Source: Licmophora abbreviata (taxonomy: Eukaryota). Taken from it: a DNA stretch of 35,136 bases. The notes under the pieces were generated by a model. It made no database searches and was not told where the DNA came from. It worked only from the letters and a program-made list of their open reading frames with translations. This document shows, in pieces, positions 1 to 9,741 of this stretch. The stretch covers positions 1 to 35,136 of the forward strand of contig OLMU01000405.1 in the NCBI GenBank assembly GCA_900291995.1, read 5' to 3'. The number at the start of each line of letters is the position of its first letter. Position 1 is the first letter of the stretch. The position numbers and the translations under genes are program-made.

Positions 1-1
1 C

Positions 2-673
2 ACTGCCATTCGCGACATTCTGTTCAACGAGCGGGCGTTGAGAAAGATTGGTGGATTCGACGACTCGAGTCTGCTACGACATTCAATCTCGATTCATCGT
101 CTCTCGGGGTCCAATCTCTCATGGGAGAACTTTGCCACAACAAAAGAGGGGAAGCGTCTCTTGCATCATCATCTCTCTGGAAACACATTGAGTGCTGGTC
201 AACAGCGCAGGGGACAGCGTGTTCGCCGTGCTCCGACTGGTTCTATCTCGGACAATAGCTCTGATGAAGAGGAGCGCCGCTCTCGCGCATCGTCTGTCGC
301 ATCAGTCGATGAGGTGACCAGCAGCCGTACTGCTTTGACTGATAAAGGAGTTTCAGTTGTCGAGCACGTGACCCAGTCGCAAGGCGCCGGTGTCGAATCT
401 GTAACCTTACGAAAGGCCCCTGGAAGCTCATGGGGGATATTGCTTTCCAAGGAGGGCCAACTCTGCGTTGTCGTTCGTAGCCCCGACGAACGCCAAGGCC
501 TCAGATCGGGTGACATTATCATGTCAGTGAGGAATAACATTGGGGTCGCTGTTTATCCTCAGTCTGAGGAGGGATCAGATTGGTTTTGTTGCATTGTTGA
601 TGTTTTCAAGAGATGCGACGTGCTTTACTTGGGCGTCCGGCGCGTTGTAGGGCAGGTCGCTGCGGCGAGTTGA
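2..673 (+). CDS. 3' part of a protein with a Ser-rich linker and a C-terminal PDZ-like domain (5' end outside window)
   Basis: Frame is open from base 2 (TAIRDILFNERALRK...) to TGA at 671-673; the track start at 38 is TTG. C-terminus VTLRKAPGSSWGILL...VVVRSP...GLRSGDIIMSV resembles the PDZ carboxylate loop and the GLxxGDxI motif. Confidence 0.55.
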   Translation, partial: TAIRDILFNERALRKIGGFDDSSLLRHSISIHRLSGSNLSWENFATTKEGKRLLHHHLSGNTLSAGQQRRGQRVRRAPTGSISDNSSDEEERRSRASSVASVDEVTSSRTALTDKGVSVVEHVTQSQGAGVESVTLRKAPGSSWGILLSKEGQLCVVVRSPDERQGLRSGDIIMSVRNNIGVAVYPQSEEGSDWFCCIVDVFKRCDVLYLGVRRVVGQVAAAS

Positions 674-831
674 GGGGGACGTGCATAGTTCACAAGGAAC
701 GGCTTTCGCCACCAATATTTCGTCTTCTACTGGACTGTCGTCTTTGTGGAGTTTTATGTGCACCAATTGAGAACCGCAGTAATGGCACCATAATTCATAG
801 TTAACAATCTGTTGTAGCTATTTGTACTCTC

Positions 832-2181
832 TCATGGTAGCGGAAAAACACGACAGTTGCACAGGTAAGGTGAATCAAACTCGGTCATCGCCAGGTCATT
901 CTTGCCTGGGACAGGAAATACCCGGCAACTGAGACTCTTGTTCCAACGGCCCGCCAGTCCAGCAACATCCAATATGAGAGCAGTCAACGACTCTGCGCTG
1001 CAGTTGCCAGGCACTGGCACAGTGTCGACTCCCACACCGCAGACGCTACTAATGGAAAGTAAGTCACGTATCGCGAGACGGTCATCGTCGGAACTCGCCA
1101 GCTCCGCCAATCGCCTATCCTCACATACCGGCAACATCAGCCCGGAATATCCACAGGATTGAATCTCTGGTAAAGACTGTAGTGAGGTCGTAATGGCAGC
1201 TGCAGCCGCCAATGTACCGGACGAGCCGAAGGCTCCGCGTACCTCCTCTAACGATTCAATTGCGTCGGCCACAGAGCCACCGTCGTCGAGCGATGGATTC
1301 AAACTCGTATCAATTCCAACAAAGGATATTCCATGTGATTCTGATATTTCTGTACACAACTGTTGAACCGGCAACAGGGCGTCTCTCATGCCGGATCGAA
1401 ACCTCTCCCCGATCTTCGATATCGACCCGCATTCGGCCAGAAGTTTCCGGGCCAGCGCACCATTCTCAAGTCCAATAGCAAAAGCTACCATAGCACCACC
1501 ACCACCACCACCTGTAGGAGCACTGGAGCTTTTCGCCGCTGGAAAGAAGGGAATGAATGGTAGGCAGCAGGCGCTGGCACAGAACCGAAAGTTGCCGAGT
1601 CCACCTCGCAGATAGTCCAGTGTCGAGCTGTTATCATCATTCGTTGTTTCACCCAATTGGGCGATGGTAAGAATACAGTCGGCGGCAGCTCGTACTGCAT
1701 CGACATCACAGGACGCAACGTCGGCAGAGCAGGAAAATCGCGGAGAGGATTTGACAATCCAAGGGCAGACAAGTCGGGTCGCTTCGGGTGTGTCGGAGGG
1801 ACCCAAGGAACAAAAGTCAATGTTATAGTGCGACAGTAAACTGTCAAGTTGGATCAAACGAGATGAGACCATACAGTAGTCTACTGTAGCTGCTCCTTCC
1901 GCACTATCATTGAATTTGTCATAGAGCCATTCTGGGAAAGGATTGGTCGCGATGCGAAGCGTTTGAACTTCGTATCCCGCTCGCGTCAGTCGTTCCTCGG
2001 CGGCACGAAGCTTCGTCGCGCAATTCTGAATCAGTTCGGAAAGCGCGTTTGCATTCTTCTCGAAGATATTGGACTTTAAAGTGCAAAAGATTGTCACAGT
2101 GCGTATCCGAAAGTCTTTCGGGGTGCTAGTCATCTTGTGAGAGATAGAAGAGGGCCGGCAATTCGAGTCAAGTGTGGCCAT
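832..2181 (-). CDS. DUF711/UPF0210 family protein (PFL-like fold), intronless
   Basis: 449 aa ORF with family motifs RIRTVT, VQTLRIATNPF, GIDTSLNPS, GYSGLMLPVCED, SSVCGVGVDTVPVPG, KSLSCRVFPVPG. Confidence 0.85.
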   Translation of the reverse strand: MATLDSNCRPSSISHKMTSTPKDFRIRTVTIFCTLKSNIFEKNANALSELIQNCATKLRAAEERLTRAGYEVQTLRIATNPFPEWLYDKFNDSAEGAATVDYCMVSSRLIQLDSLLSHYNIDFCSLGPSDTPEATRLVCPWIVKSSPRFSCSADVASCDVDAVRAAADCILTIAQLGETTNDDNSSTLDYLRGGLGNFRFCASACCLPFIPFFPAAKSSSAPTGGGGGGAMVAFAIGLENGALARKLLAECGSISKIGERFRSGMRDALLPVQQLCTEISESHGISFVGIDTSLNPSLDDGGSVADAIESLEEVRGAFGSSGTLAAAAAITTSLQSLPEIQSCGYSGLMLPVCEDRRLAELASSDDDRLAIRDLLSISSVCGVGVDTVPVPGNCSAESLTALILDVAGLAGRWNKSLSCRVFPVPGKNDLAMTEFDSPYLCNCRVFPLP

Positions 2182-2449
2182 GATGGCGTGAGGCGGTGTG
2201 GCGTTGCGAGTTCGGAGTTTTCGAGTTTTCGAGTGGGAAGAAAGTGATGGACAAACGTCCGTCCTTCGACAGAGCTGGTTGCAACGTGGTCACGTACAAT
2301 ATGTACCGTGGTCTACGGCAGAGTCAAGCTTCCCGCCTCGCGACGCACTCTGTTGTGCCCATGGGGATCGACCGGCCACTACCATAGTCCGTCGTTCGCT
2401 ACTGTAAATAGAGAGTGTGTCGACATAGTCCACAGATACTTCCACAACA
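2182..2449. promoter_or_regulatory. Probable bidirectional promoter (DUF711 / ferredoxin-like)
   Basis: 268-bp gap between divergent ATGs at 2181 (-) and 2450 (+). Confidence 0.45.
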
Positions 2450-3069
2450 ATGGCTCTTCGTTTGACTGGGAAGCGTTTGGTACAATCCGCGGCGCCGCGA
2501 GCCTTTTTCAGCACGTCCGTCGCTGCCACCCCGACCGCGGCATCGACTCCCACGGTACACGACGTTACTATATCTCTGACCTTTACGGACCCCAGTGGTG
2601 CGCGAAGGAAGGTTCCGGGTCTGGTTGGTACGTCGAGTGGCATAATGCCAAGGTTGCAGTGACAAGAAGGTGGAACGCGGTCTCGTCGTGTGTCTCACCC
2701 CTCACATGCCAACGCTTATATATATTATATAATATAGGCAAGACACTTCACGAAATTTGCGAATTGCACGATATCGACATTGGACCCGCCAGTGTCGGTT
2801 CCGCGTGGAGCGCCGTACGCTCCGACGAATGGACGGAACCGCTCTATGGCGAGGGCCCTACCACGGGCTTTGACCATGTTCTCCTCTCGGGCAAGGGAGC
2901 CGAAACAGCGGCCCCAAAGACGCCTGTCGAACAACGCATGTTGACGCATTACTGGGATGACGATGAGTTGTTTCCGGAAAGTCGTCTCTCGTGCATGGTG
3001 GAACTGACCAAGGAAATGGATGGTATGACCGTGTACGTGCCGGACCGGATCGTCGACGATATTCCCTAG
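2450..3069 (+). CDS. Mitochondrial adrenodoxin-like ferredoxin lacking most cluster cysteines (complex I bridge C1-FDX/NDUFX-like); exons 2450-2627, 2738-3069
   Basis: Arg/Ala/Ser-rich presequence MALRLTGKRLVQSAAPRAFFSTS; ISLTFTDPSGARRKVPGLVG|KTLHEIC joined in frame by intron 2628-2737 (GTACGT...TAG); ferredoxin C-terminal signature SRLSCMVELTKEMDGMTVYVP...DIP. Confidence 0.8.
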
Positions 3070-3392
3070 CTAGACTGTAGCAGCAAGAGTTGTCAAAGGA
3101 TCCGAGTAGTCAGAGGTTTTGCCAATGTCGCCTAGTCTTAGTTGAAAGATGCAGTGACTGTGCTGCACAAGTAGCAAGTATATTACGATTGTGTGCCCTT
3201 ATATGCTCCATAGAAAAAGTGGTTGGCATAAAATGTTTTGGGAACATGATAGTTATGCTAGCTTGCTTTTTACATCGACGCCATAATGTTCCAGTGGATC
3301 GGATGATGTACATATTGATTTGGGTGGCGTTGTAGCAGTTGCGATCTGCTTGCGCCTACAGTATAGTTTCTTATGGAGTAGCTGGTAGCAGT

Positions 3393-5552
3393 TTAGCATG
3401 CAAAGGGGAAGCCGACTCGACTGTCGGGCTCAAACAAGTCGGGAAATTCCTTCCTGGCAACGGTACTGTCGACTGGATCATGATGTTGAAGAGGACCAAG
3501 ATCAATAGAGGCTTCGTCATAGTATCCTGGACCAGCCCTCGAGAAGTTATCTTCTAGCATGGCTCTGGTGCAAAGACCCGTGTTGCAGTTGTCCGTATGG
3601 CCGTTGTCATTTCGGTAGATGGAAATCCGAAAGTCAATCGACACGCGTGTGACGGGCGTCGTGTTTTCAAGAGTAAAGTGAAGGCATCGGGCACCGTCAA
3701 AGATGTATCCCAGCCCCACAGACTTGGTCGTGAGCGGATGCCAGTCTTCTCGTCCAGGGTGAGATTCGGTGTACAACGCGTTGGTTCCAAAGACGGCAGT
3801 GAGCGGCACGTGAAAGTTGAGACTGCCAATCGAATGGCCGTAGGCTGTATCGCAGTGTGGACCGACGGATAATTCTCCCGGTCGAACCACGCGAATGCAG
3901 GGGAAGGCCTGGTAGCGGTAGCGAATCCTGGTGGAGGCGTTGGGAGACGTCGAGTGGAAGACATTCCTCGTCATGGCAATCGAATGAACGAGTGGAATGC
4001 AAAAGGAAGTAACAAAGTTGTCGTAGCACTCGTGAAAGCGGCGACGACAAGAGGAACGTAGCATCGGCTCTAGCAGAGCGTGTTTGTCTTGTATAGGAGA
4101 TTCGTGAAGCTTAGATAGGTCCTCCACTTCAAGCGTCTCGGCGAGCATTTGATGCAGCGGATGCGAATACTCGTCAAACAGAAAAGGTCGCTCTTTGCGG
4201 AGAGACGTGTAGGGAACACCGACGGCGCTGGCAATAGAAGCATCCACCTTCAGGGTTGATTTGCTCGTTGACTTTTCTCGGCTCGCTCGAGCCTTGCGAA
4301 TGTGTGGCTCCATTACGGTACGGAGACTCTGGTCAAAGTTCGGAGTCTTCTGCGAGTCGCCAATACAGCGACGCACGTCTGCCCCAAACCATCTCGTCGT
4401 CTCTGGCTCTATCGCAGCACGGGCGACTTCTGTCGGAGAGTTGCGCTCATCAGGAATTGCGAAGTGAGACTTGCTGCGCGACATGCTACCGAACGACCTC
4501 GATGGCGTTGGAAGCGTGGCAAGTCCTGCACGGTACTCGTCATACAAGGCAAGCTTCGTCTCCAGGGCTTCCCGACAATGAGAAGACCATACTCGCTTGT
4601 TGCGACGCGAGCACTGAACTGGGCAGAAGTGCTCGTCCCTCAGAGGCAATAGAGTCACCATGTCCCGCGCGTTGACACTCGGATGGGTGTCACCACCCTC
4701 ATGTTGCGCAATAGTGTAGTGTGTGAAGCATTGCCCCCCGTAGAACCTCCGGAGAACCCCGATCGAATCCCCTGGTCCTGGCACGGTAAGATGACCAAAC
4801 TTCAGCTCGATCACCGGGAAAAGCTCCTTCGGGGTCATGTACTCTCGGGGCCACAATTCGATAGCCTTGCGGTTGTTGAAGTGATACAAAGGATACTCGG
4901 CGTCCGGCATGTCAGCATGAATCTGATCAACAACATCGGCCGGGCGATCTTCTCCATTATCGTTCTGGGACACCAAACAACTCAGTTCCTCTACACTCTC
5001 GTACTTTCGAAGGACGAGAATATTAACCGAGACAAGAGGTGTCACACTGGACTTGACACGATCGCAGGCCTCAAAGGGCCGCTCGTGGTATGTAAACTGA
5101 AGATTCGATCTTTGGAGTTCATTTCGAGCACCCGTCGCTTCCTTGAGTAGCTTGGGCAAGTCTTTCGTCAGTCGGTCGTAGCTCTTGCCGTCATCGACAA
5201 TGGAAATATTAATGTCATCGTCGTTGAACAAGAACGACTCGGATCTGATAGCTCCAAGTAGAGTTCCTGCAGTGACAACGTACTGGATTTGCAGCTCCCC
5301 GAGCGCCGTCTGCAGAACTTCCAAGAGATCGTAGAGCGCATCGACCTCTTTCCTTGACAGAAGCATCGGATTTGGTCCAACAGGAGGACACAGATCAGGC
5401 TTACTGGACGCCGTGTCAAGAAACATGAGCTTCTCCGAAAGCGATTCCTTTCTCACAGCCTCATTGAGGTCCGTTCTACTCGACAGCGTGTCAAGAGACA
5501 ACATCGGTGGTCTTCGACTGTCCACGCTTACCACGGTAAACGTCTCTGTCAT
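3393..5552 (-). CDS. Fusion protein: N-terminal LicD/fukutin-type nucleotidyltransferase plus C-terminal StrG-like 2OG-Fe(II) dioxygenase
   Basis: Single ORF of ~719 aa, first ATG at 5552. LicD motifs AGTLLGAIR...NDDDINI, ELFP..ELKFGHLTVPGP...LRRFYG. Dioxygenase motifs YQAFPCIRVVRP, HCD..YGH...NFHVPLT, NALYTESHPG, CLH...N.T..TRVSIDFR (HxD...H, RxS). Confidence 0.8.
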   Translation of the reverse strand: MTETFTVVSVDSRRPPMLSLDTLSSRTDLNEAVRKESLSEKLMFLDTASSKPDLCPPVGPNPMLLSRKEVDALYDLLEVLQTALGELQIQYVVTAGTLLGAIRSESFLFNDDDINISIVDDGKSYDRLTKDLPKLLKEATGARNELQRSNLQFTYHERPFEACDRVKSSVTPLVSVNILVLRKYESVEELSCLVSQNDNGEDRPADVVDQIHADMPDAEYPLYHFNNRKAIELWPREYMTPKELFPVIELKFGHLTVPGPGDSIGVLRRFYGGQCFTHYTIAQHEGGDTHPSVNARDMVTLLPLRDEHFCPVQCSRRNKRVWSSHCREALETKLALYDEYRAGLATLPTPSRSFGSMSRSKSHFAIPDERNSPTEVARAAIEPETTRWFGADVRRCIGDSQKTPNFDQSLRTVMEPHIRKARASREKSTSKSTLKVDASIASAVGVPYTSLRKERPFLFDEYSHPLHQMLAETLEVEDLSKLHESPIQDKHALLEPMLRSSCRRRFHECYDNFVTSFCIPLVHSIAMTRNVFHSTSPNASTRIRYRYQAFPCIRVVRPGELSVGPHCDTAYGHSIGSLNFHVPLTAVFGTNALYTESHPGREDWHPLTTKSVGLGYIFDGARCLHFTLENTTPVTRVSIDFRISIYRNDNGHTDNCNTGLCTRAMLEDNFSRAGPGYYDEASIDLGPLQHHDPVDSTVARKEFPDLFEPDSRVGFPFAC

Positions 5553-6007
5553 CACTTCCTCGCCCTCTGAAGTCTACCCCACTGAGATTAACGGGACAGC
5601 AGCCTCAATCGATCGTGATTATCCTTTTGACACATCAACCCATCACTTCAGGGGCGCGTCACTTATCTCGTGCATCTGGCAAGATTCAGAATTCAAGAAT
5701 ATCGTTCGCATCCGGGCAACGTTTTTTGTATCATGCACACACGACATACCTCATTATTAAATGCTGTGACACATGATGAGAAAGTCTTTTAGAAAGTCCA
5801 TAACTGATCAGACTGTACGGAGAATGCGTCATTCTTTCGTGATGGCATTGAGAAAGGCATCCGTTTTGCCGGATAGACACACAGACCTATGAGCTTGGAT
5901 ACTCTCTCACGATCCCATCTGACGGAAGACTTTGCACTTCTTGTCACCTCGTGCGGGATACATACCCAACTGGGTACTAACAAGTTATTGGTGTATGACA
6001 TAAGGTT

Positions 6008-7111
6008 CTAAATTAGTCTCAGTGTCTTGCGCTGCCAACCATAGGATTCCTTGTGATGATCAAACAGCGCCTGGAGCTCATCACAGAACTGTGCATGCAT
6101 ACGATTCACCTGCTCCTCAAACAACGGACCACCTTCCGGAATGAAATCTCCAGGTGGAAAAATTGGCTGTCCCATGACATACAATAGGCGCTGGCGGAAT
6201 GGAATTGGTAGTCCCCACTGACCGAAAAACAGTACCATGCTGACGCGGAGCAACTTCGACATTCGCTCAAATACGCCCGGAAGTTGCAGTCGTTTGAGTA
6301 ATTTCGTAGCCCCAAAACAATAGACGGGAACAACAGGAATGTTGTGCCGGAGTGCCATACGGATAAAGCCTTTGCGTGGCTTGAGAATGGCATACTCCTC
6401 ATCGGGGAGAGTCGAAGGAGCCGGGTAGCCGACAAACATTTCAGCAATTCCTCCCGGAGCCAGTCCTATCCGATGGCCTTGCGCGAGAGCATGATCTACG
6501 GACGACCTAGAGGCATCCACAGCCCAGATCCAAGACAAGATGGTCCTCAGAAATGGAAACAGCGAGGTCGCCGTCGCCACAACTGGTCGAAAGTCCCCAA
6601 AAACCTTTGCCGCAGCTTCTGTCAGTGCCGCAAACCCTAGCCCAAATGGAAAGAGACCATGCGGGATGACAGCGAATATTGCCTGGTCATTTCGAATGTC
6701 AAAATGTTTTCTGTTTTCCAAACCGGACGTCTTGGCGTTGTCTGCCACTACGATCTCGAATGCGACGAACCGAAGCCACGCTTTCCAAAGCCTCCACTTC
6801 TTTACTTGAAGGAACTTTCCGAGCCGATAGGATCGATGAGGGCCAACAGTCGCGAGCGCGGCAAGTGATAGCAGTAATGTTGCGTACAGTGTACGTCGGC
6901 GCTTGTTCCGGGCGTCCTTCGGTATCCTCTTCCACCGCTTCCATGCCCAAGCATACGCGATTGGAACCCAAACTACAGAGCCAACCACTGTTAGCGAACT
7001 TATTACAACGAGTAGACGATCGAGCACCGAAAATTCGCCCCCGGGTGTCCTTGACAGCACCCGAGTGTGCGGTGGATGCGCCGGTGGGTATACTGAGCTC
7101 GATGATGGCAT
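6008..7111 (-). CDS. DGAT2: Type-2 diacylglycerol/monoacylglycerol acyltransferase (DAGAT family)
   Basis: 367 aa, two N-terminal hydrophobic helices; IPHGLFP (HPHG block), PGGIAEMF, RKGFIRMALRH..PVVPVYCFG, GLPIPFRQ.L.YVMGQPI. Confidence 0.9.
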   Translation of the reverse strand: MPSSSSVYPPAHPPHTRVLSRTPGGEFSVLDRLLVVISSLTVVGSVVWVPIAYAWAWKRWKRIPKDARNKRRRTLYATLLLSLAALATVGPHRSYRLGKFLQVKKWRLWKAWLRFVAFEIVVADNAKTSGLENRKHFDIRNDQAIFAVIPHGLFPFGLGFAALTEAAAKVFGDFRPVVATATSLFPFLRTILSWIWAVDASRSSVDHALAQGHRIGLAPGGIAEMFVGYPAPSTLPDEEYAILKPRKGFIRMALRHNIPVVPVYCFGATKLLKRLQLPGVFERMSKLLRVSMVLFFGQWGLPIPFRQRLLYVMGQPIFPPGDFIPEGGPLFEEQVNRMHAQFCDELQALFDHHKESYGWQRKTLRLI

Positions 7112-7754
7112 CCCTGCATCCAGCCAAAAGAGATCGCGAGAACGTAAGTCGAGCCTGATGGCTCGCTATTCTTTGCTGAAACTGATTTCTGATTCAAATT
7201 ACTGTAAGAAAGCTTTGAAAAACCGTTGTGCTGCACTTGTCCATTGTGTCTTTGAGAGCGTCCGAGGCAATCATCTCTGTCACCATCGCTGGCGTAGTCG
7301 CGCCCATGGTCGAACCTCGATCTTCTTGACGCCGTCTGTCGCGCGCACGAACTGACGAACATGATCTCGGTCCGAGCTAAATTCATAGCTTCAAAATCGG
7401 AAACCTCGCACATCCGGGTAGTGTTGAAGTTTTCCCGCCAAAATCTTTCGAACCGTCGAGCGCAAAGTGGGAGTGAGAAAATAGGCGGTCACCAATTTGT
7501 TCGATTGGAATGCCAAGTCCCACCAGGAACTCTTCGGGACTTCTTCGATTCGTGTTGGGAGGTCGCACAACGTCTCTTGAGGGTAGAGGTCAAGCGCCTT
7601 TGAGAAGGTCGGAGCTAGCTTCGTAGCAAAGCTGTGTCGATTCCTGGATAGGTCCCACTTGACAAACTTTGTGACCAATTTGAAACTCGTCACACGAGTT
7701 ATTGTAGGTGCGATTGGGGTTTTCCGGTACTATTCACTTGGATAATAGCGCGAC

Positions 7755-9567
7755 ATGTCTGTCGCTACAATCGATCCCGCTTTTCCTGTCATGGCTCCGA
7801 CGGGTCAGCAAGCACCGCGTCCACCGCTGAGGCGCGCGACTTACGTTCACGTGTCAGACTTGACGAGTGCCTACAACATTGATCATGGAAAGCTAGAACA
7901 AGAGCTCGCGCGTGTCCAGAACAAGGTCGACGCGACTTCAAGTACAACCAATGAGGAAGGATCACCAGAAATATCGCCAGAGGAGAGTGGAAACGATGGT
8001 GATGTGAGTTTGGCGTCAGGAGGGCCTCAGCAGTCGAAGCGACTTCAACCTCCGCGGGGCGGGTTCAATCTATGTGTGTACGTTATGCTTTGCGAGACTC
8101 TGCTATTGGAAATTTCCCCTCGTGTTTTGTTGCTTACTCATATTCGTCATTTGATTGTCTGCTAGTCTTGTGGGAGAGGTCAATGTGGTTGTCGACAAGC
8201 TGAGAGTTGATCGATCTCGAGTACGACTTGCTGAAGTGGCGGTCGGCGACGAGACTGGTTGTGTTTCGCTACGGGCTAGAGATGATCAGATTGAGCTTCT
8301 CAAGGAAGTGTCTGTTCGCTCTGGGGCCGTTGTGCTAAGAAATTGCACACTCGAACTGTACCAAGGAAAACATATTCGTCTCGCTGTTACAAAGTGGGGC
8401 AAGCTCAGTACATATCCAGATCAAGTTGCTAGCACACCTCCCCCGCCTTCCAAGATGAATGAAGATCGTAACTTGTCTCTGATCGACTTGAGCCTGGTCG
8501 CGAGTGAGATGGTCGACACTGAAAATGTTGGGGCCCCCAATGACAGGGAAGTGGGAGTGGATAGCCGAGTTGGATCTAACCGCAGCTCCGGCTCTAGCCG
8601 ATACCCGCATCAGTACCATCAAGGGTCATACGGACAGAATCGACGGCAGGGACCCGGCCGGCGGCAGCAACGTCAGTTCAAACCAACTTATGGTCACCAA
8701 GGCCATCCTCATATGGGACAGATTGGATATCAACAAATGCGATATCCCTATGGACAGCCGCCTCAGCACCGGCACCAGGAAGCGCCAAGTCAGCATCTTC
8801 TCATTCGGCAGCACTATGAGCTTCAACAACGCCAGATGCAACAGATGCAGGCCTATCACGATCCGCAAGACCATCGTCGACCACTTAGACCACCAGGAGT
8901 TGGGCCTTCGTCAAGTTTTGACACAGCCGGGGACTACTCCATGGGTTCAATGGGGGGCAACCCTATGTTCGTACCGGTATCGATGCCAGGTGTTCGTACA
9001 GAGACGCCTTCTATGTTATCTCCCGGACCATCACAGCATGAGCACTATGTTGGATCTCATTACGGACATGCGGATATGGCGAATGTACCGAAAGGACAGA
9101 CCAGCGCTCCGGGCTCTCAAGGGGACTTGCTGTATCGTTCCAACATGGCCCATCCGGGTCAAGAAGGTCGCTTCTTTGCAGAGGAACCGGACCGATCGAC
9201 GAACGAAGCCTGGAGCGGTCAGCTCTCGCCGGCTGGCCCAAACGTGTTGTCTCCTCGATCGCAATCGCCCGCATCGCTCTCTCCCGGGCACATGAACGCA
9301 TCTGCGCAATCCTTCGACCCGTCATATATGAAGCAGCAACATGGGTATGGGTATATTGCCTACGATCCCTCCCAGACGGGTGCTCCGATTTATCATTCTC
9401 CACCCCCCTACAACCAGAATGTCATGTATGTCCAGGCGCCTCGTCCGTCAGAGTTAGCTTTTGAAGCTCAAGGACAAGAACCTTCGCAAGCGCATCAAGG
9501 ACATGACTCGGCGAAAGGACATGACTCGGCGAAAAGACATGAAGCCAACGACCGGAGTTCCAATTGA
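7755..9567 (+). CDS. OB-fold nucleic-acid-binding protein (SOSS-B/At4g28440-like) with a long Q/G/P/Y/H-rich disordered C-terminus; exons 7755-8077, 8166-9567
   Basis: Intron 8078-8165 (GTACGT...CTAG) joins GGFNLCV to LVGEV in frame. OB motifs RLAEVAVGDETGCVSLRARDDQI, VVLRNC...IRLAVTKWGKL, NLSLIDLSLV. Confidence 0.8.
9499..9542 (+). repeat. 18-bp coding tandem repeat (2 perfect copies plus a partial copy)
   Basis: GGACATGACTCGGCGAAA at 9499-9516 and 9517-9534, then AGACATGA; encodes GHDSAK-GHDSAK-RHE. Confidence 0.9.
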
Positions 9568-9741
9568 TGGTGTTCGCAAGAAAGACAAAACGATGAATTG
9601 CAAGCAGCACCGAGGATGCCCGCGACAAGCCATTCATTGATCTCTTGTCTTAAGAAAAGGCACTGCTCAGATAGATTAAAAACTTGTGCTTAGACAAACT
9701 ATAGCAGTACAAACAGAACCACGACGCGCGTGAACTATTTA

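Noticed and set aside
1495..1512. (ACC)6 microsatellite
   Set aside because: It encodes a poly-Gly loop in the DUF711 protein; ordinary coding slippage.
2717..2736. TATATA-rich stretch as a TATA box
   Set aside because: It lies at the 3' end of the ferredoxin intron, just before the acceptor AG.
2308..2737. N-terminal 143 aa of the 253-aa track ORF
   Set aside because: GTG start; the real exon 1 is in another frame (2450-2627) and the rest is intron.
8504..9295. 263-aa alternative-frame ORF inside the OB-fold gene
   Set aside because: No recognisable motifs; expected shadow of a low-complexity coding region.
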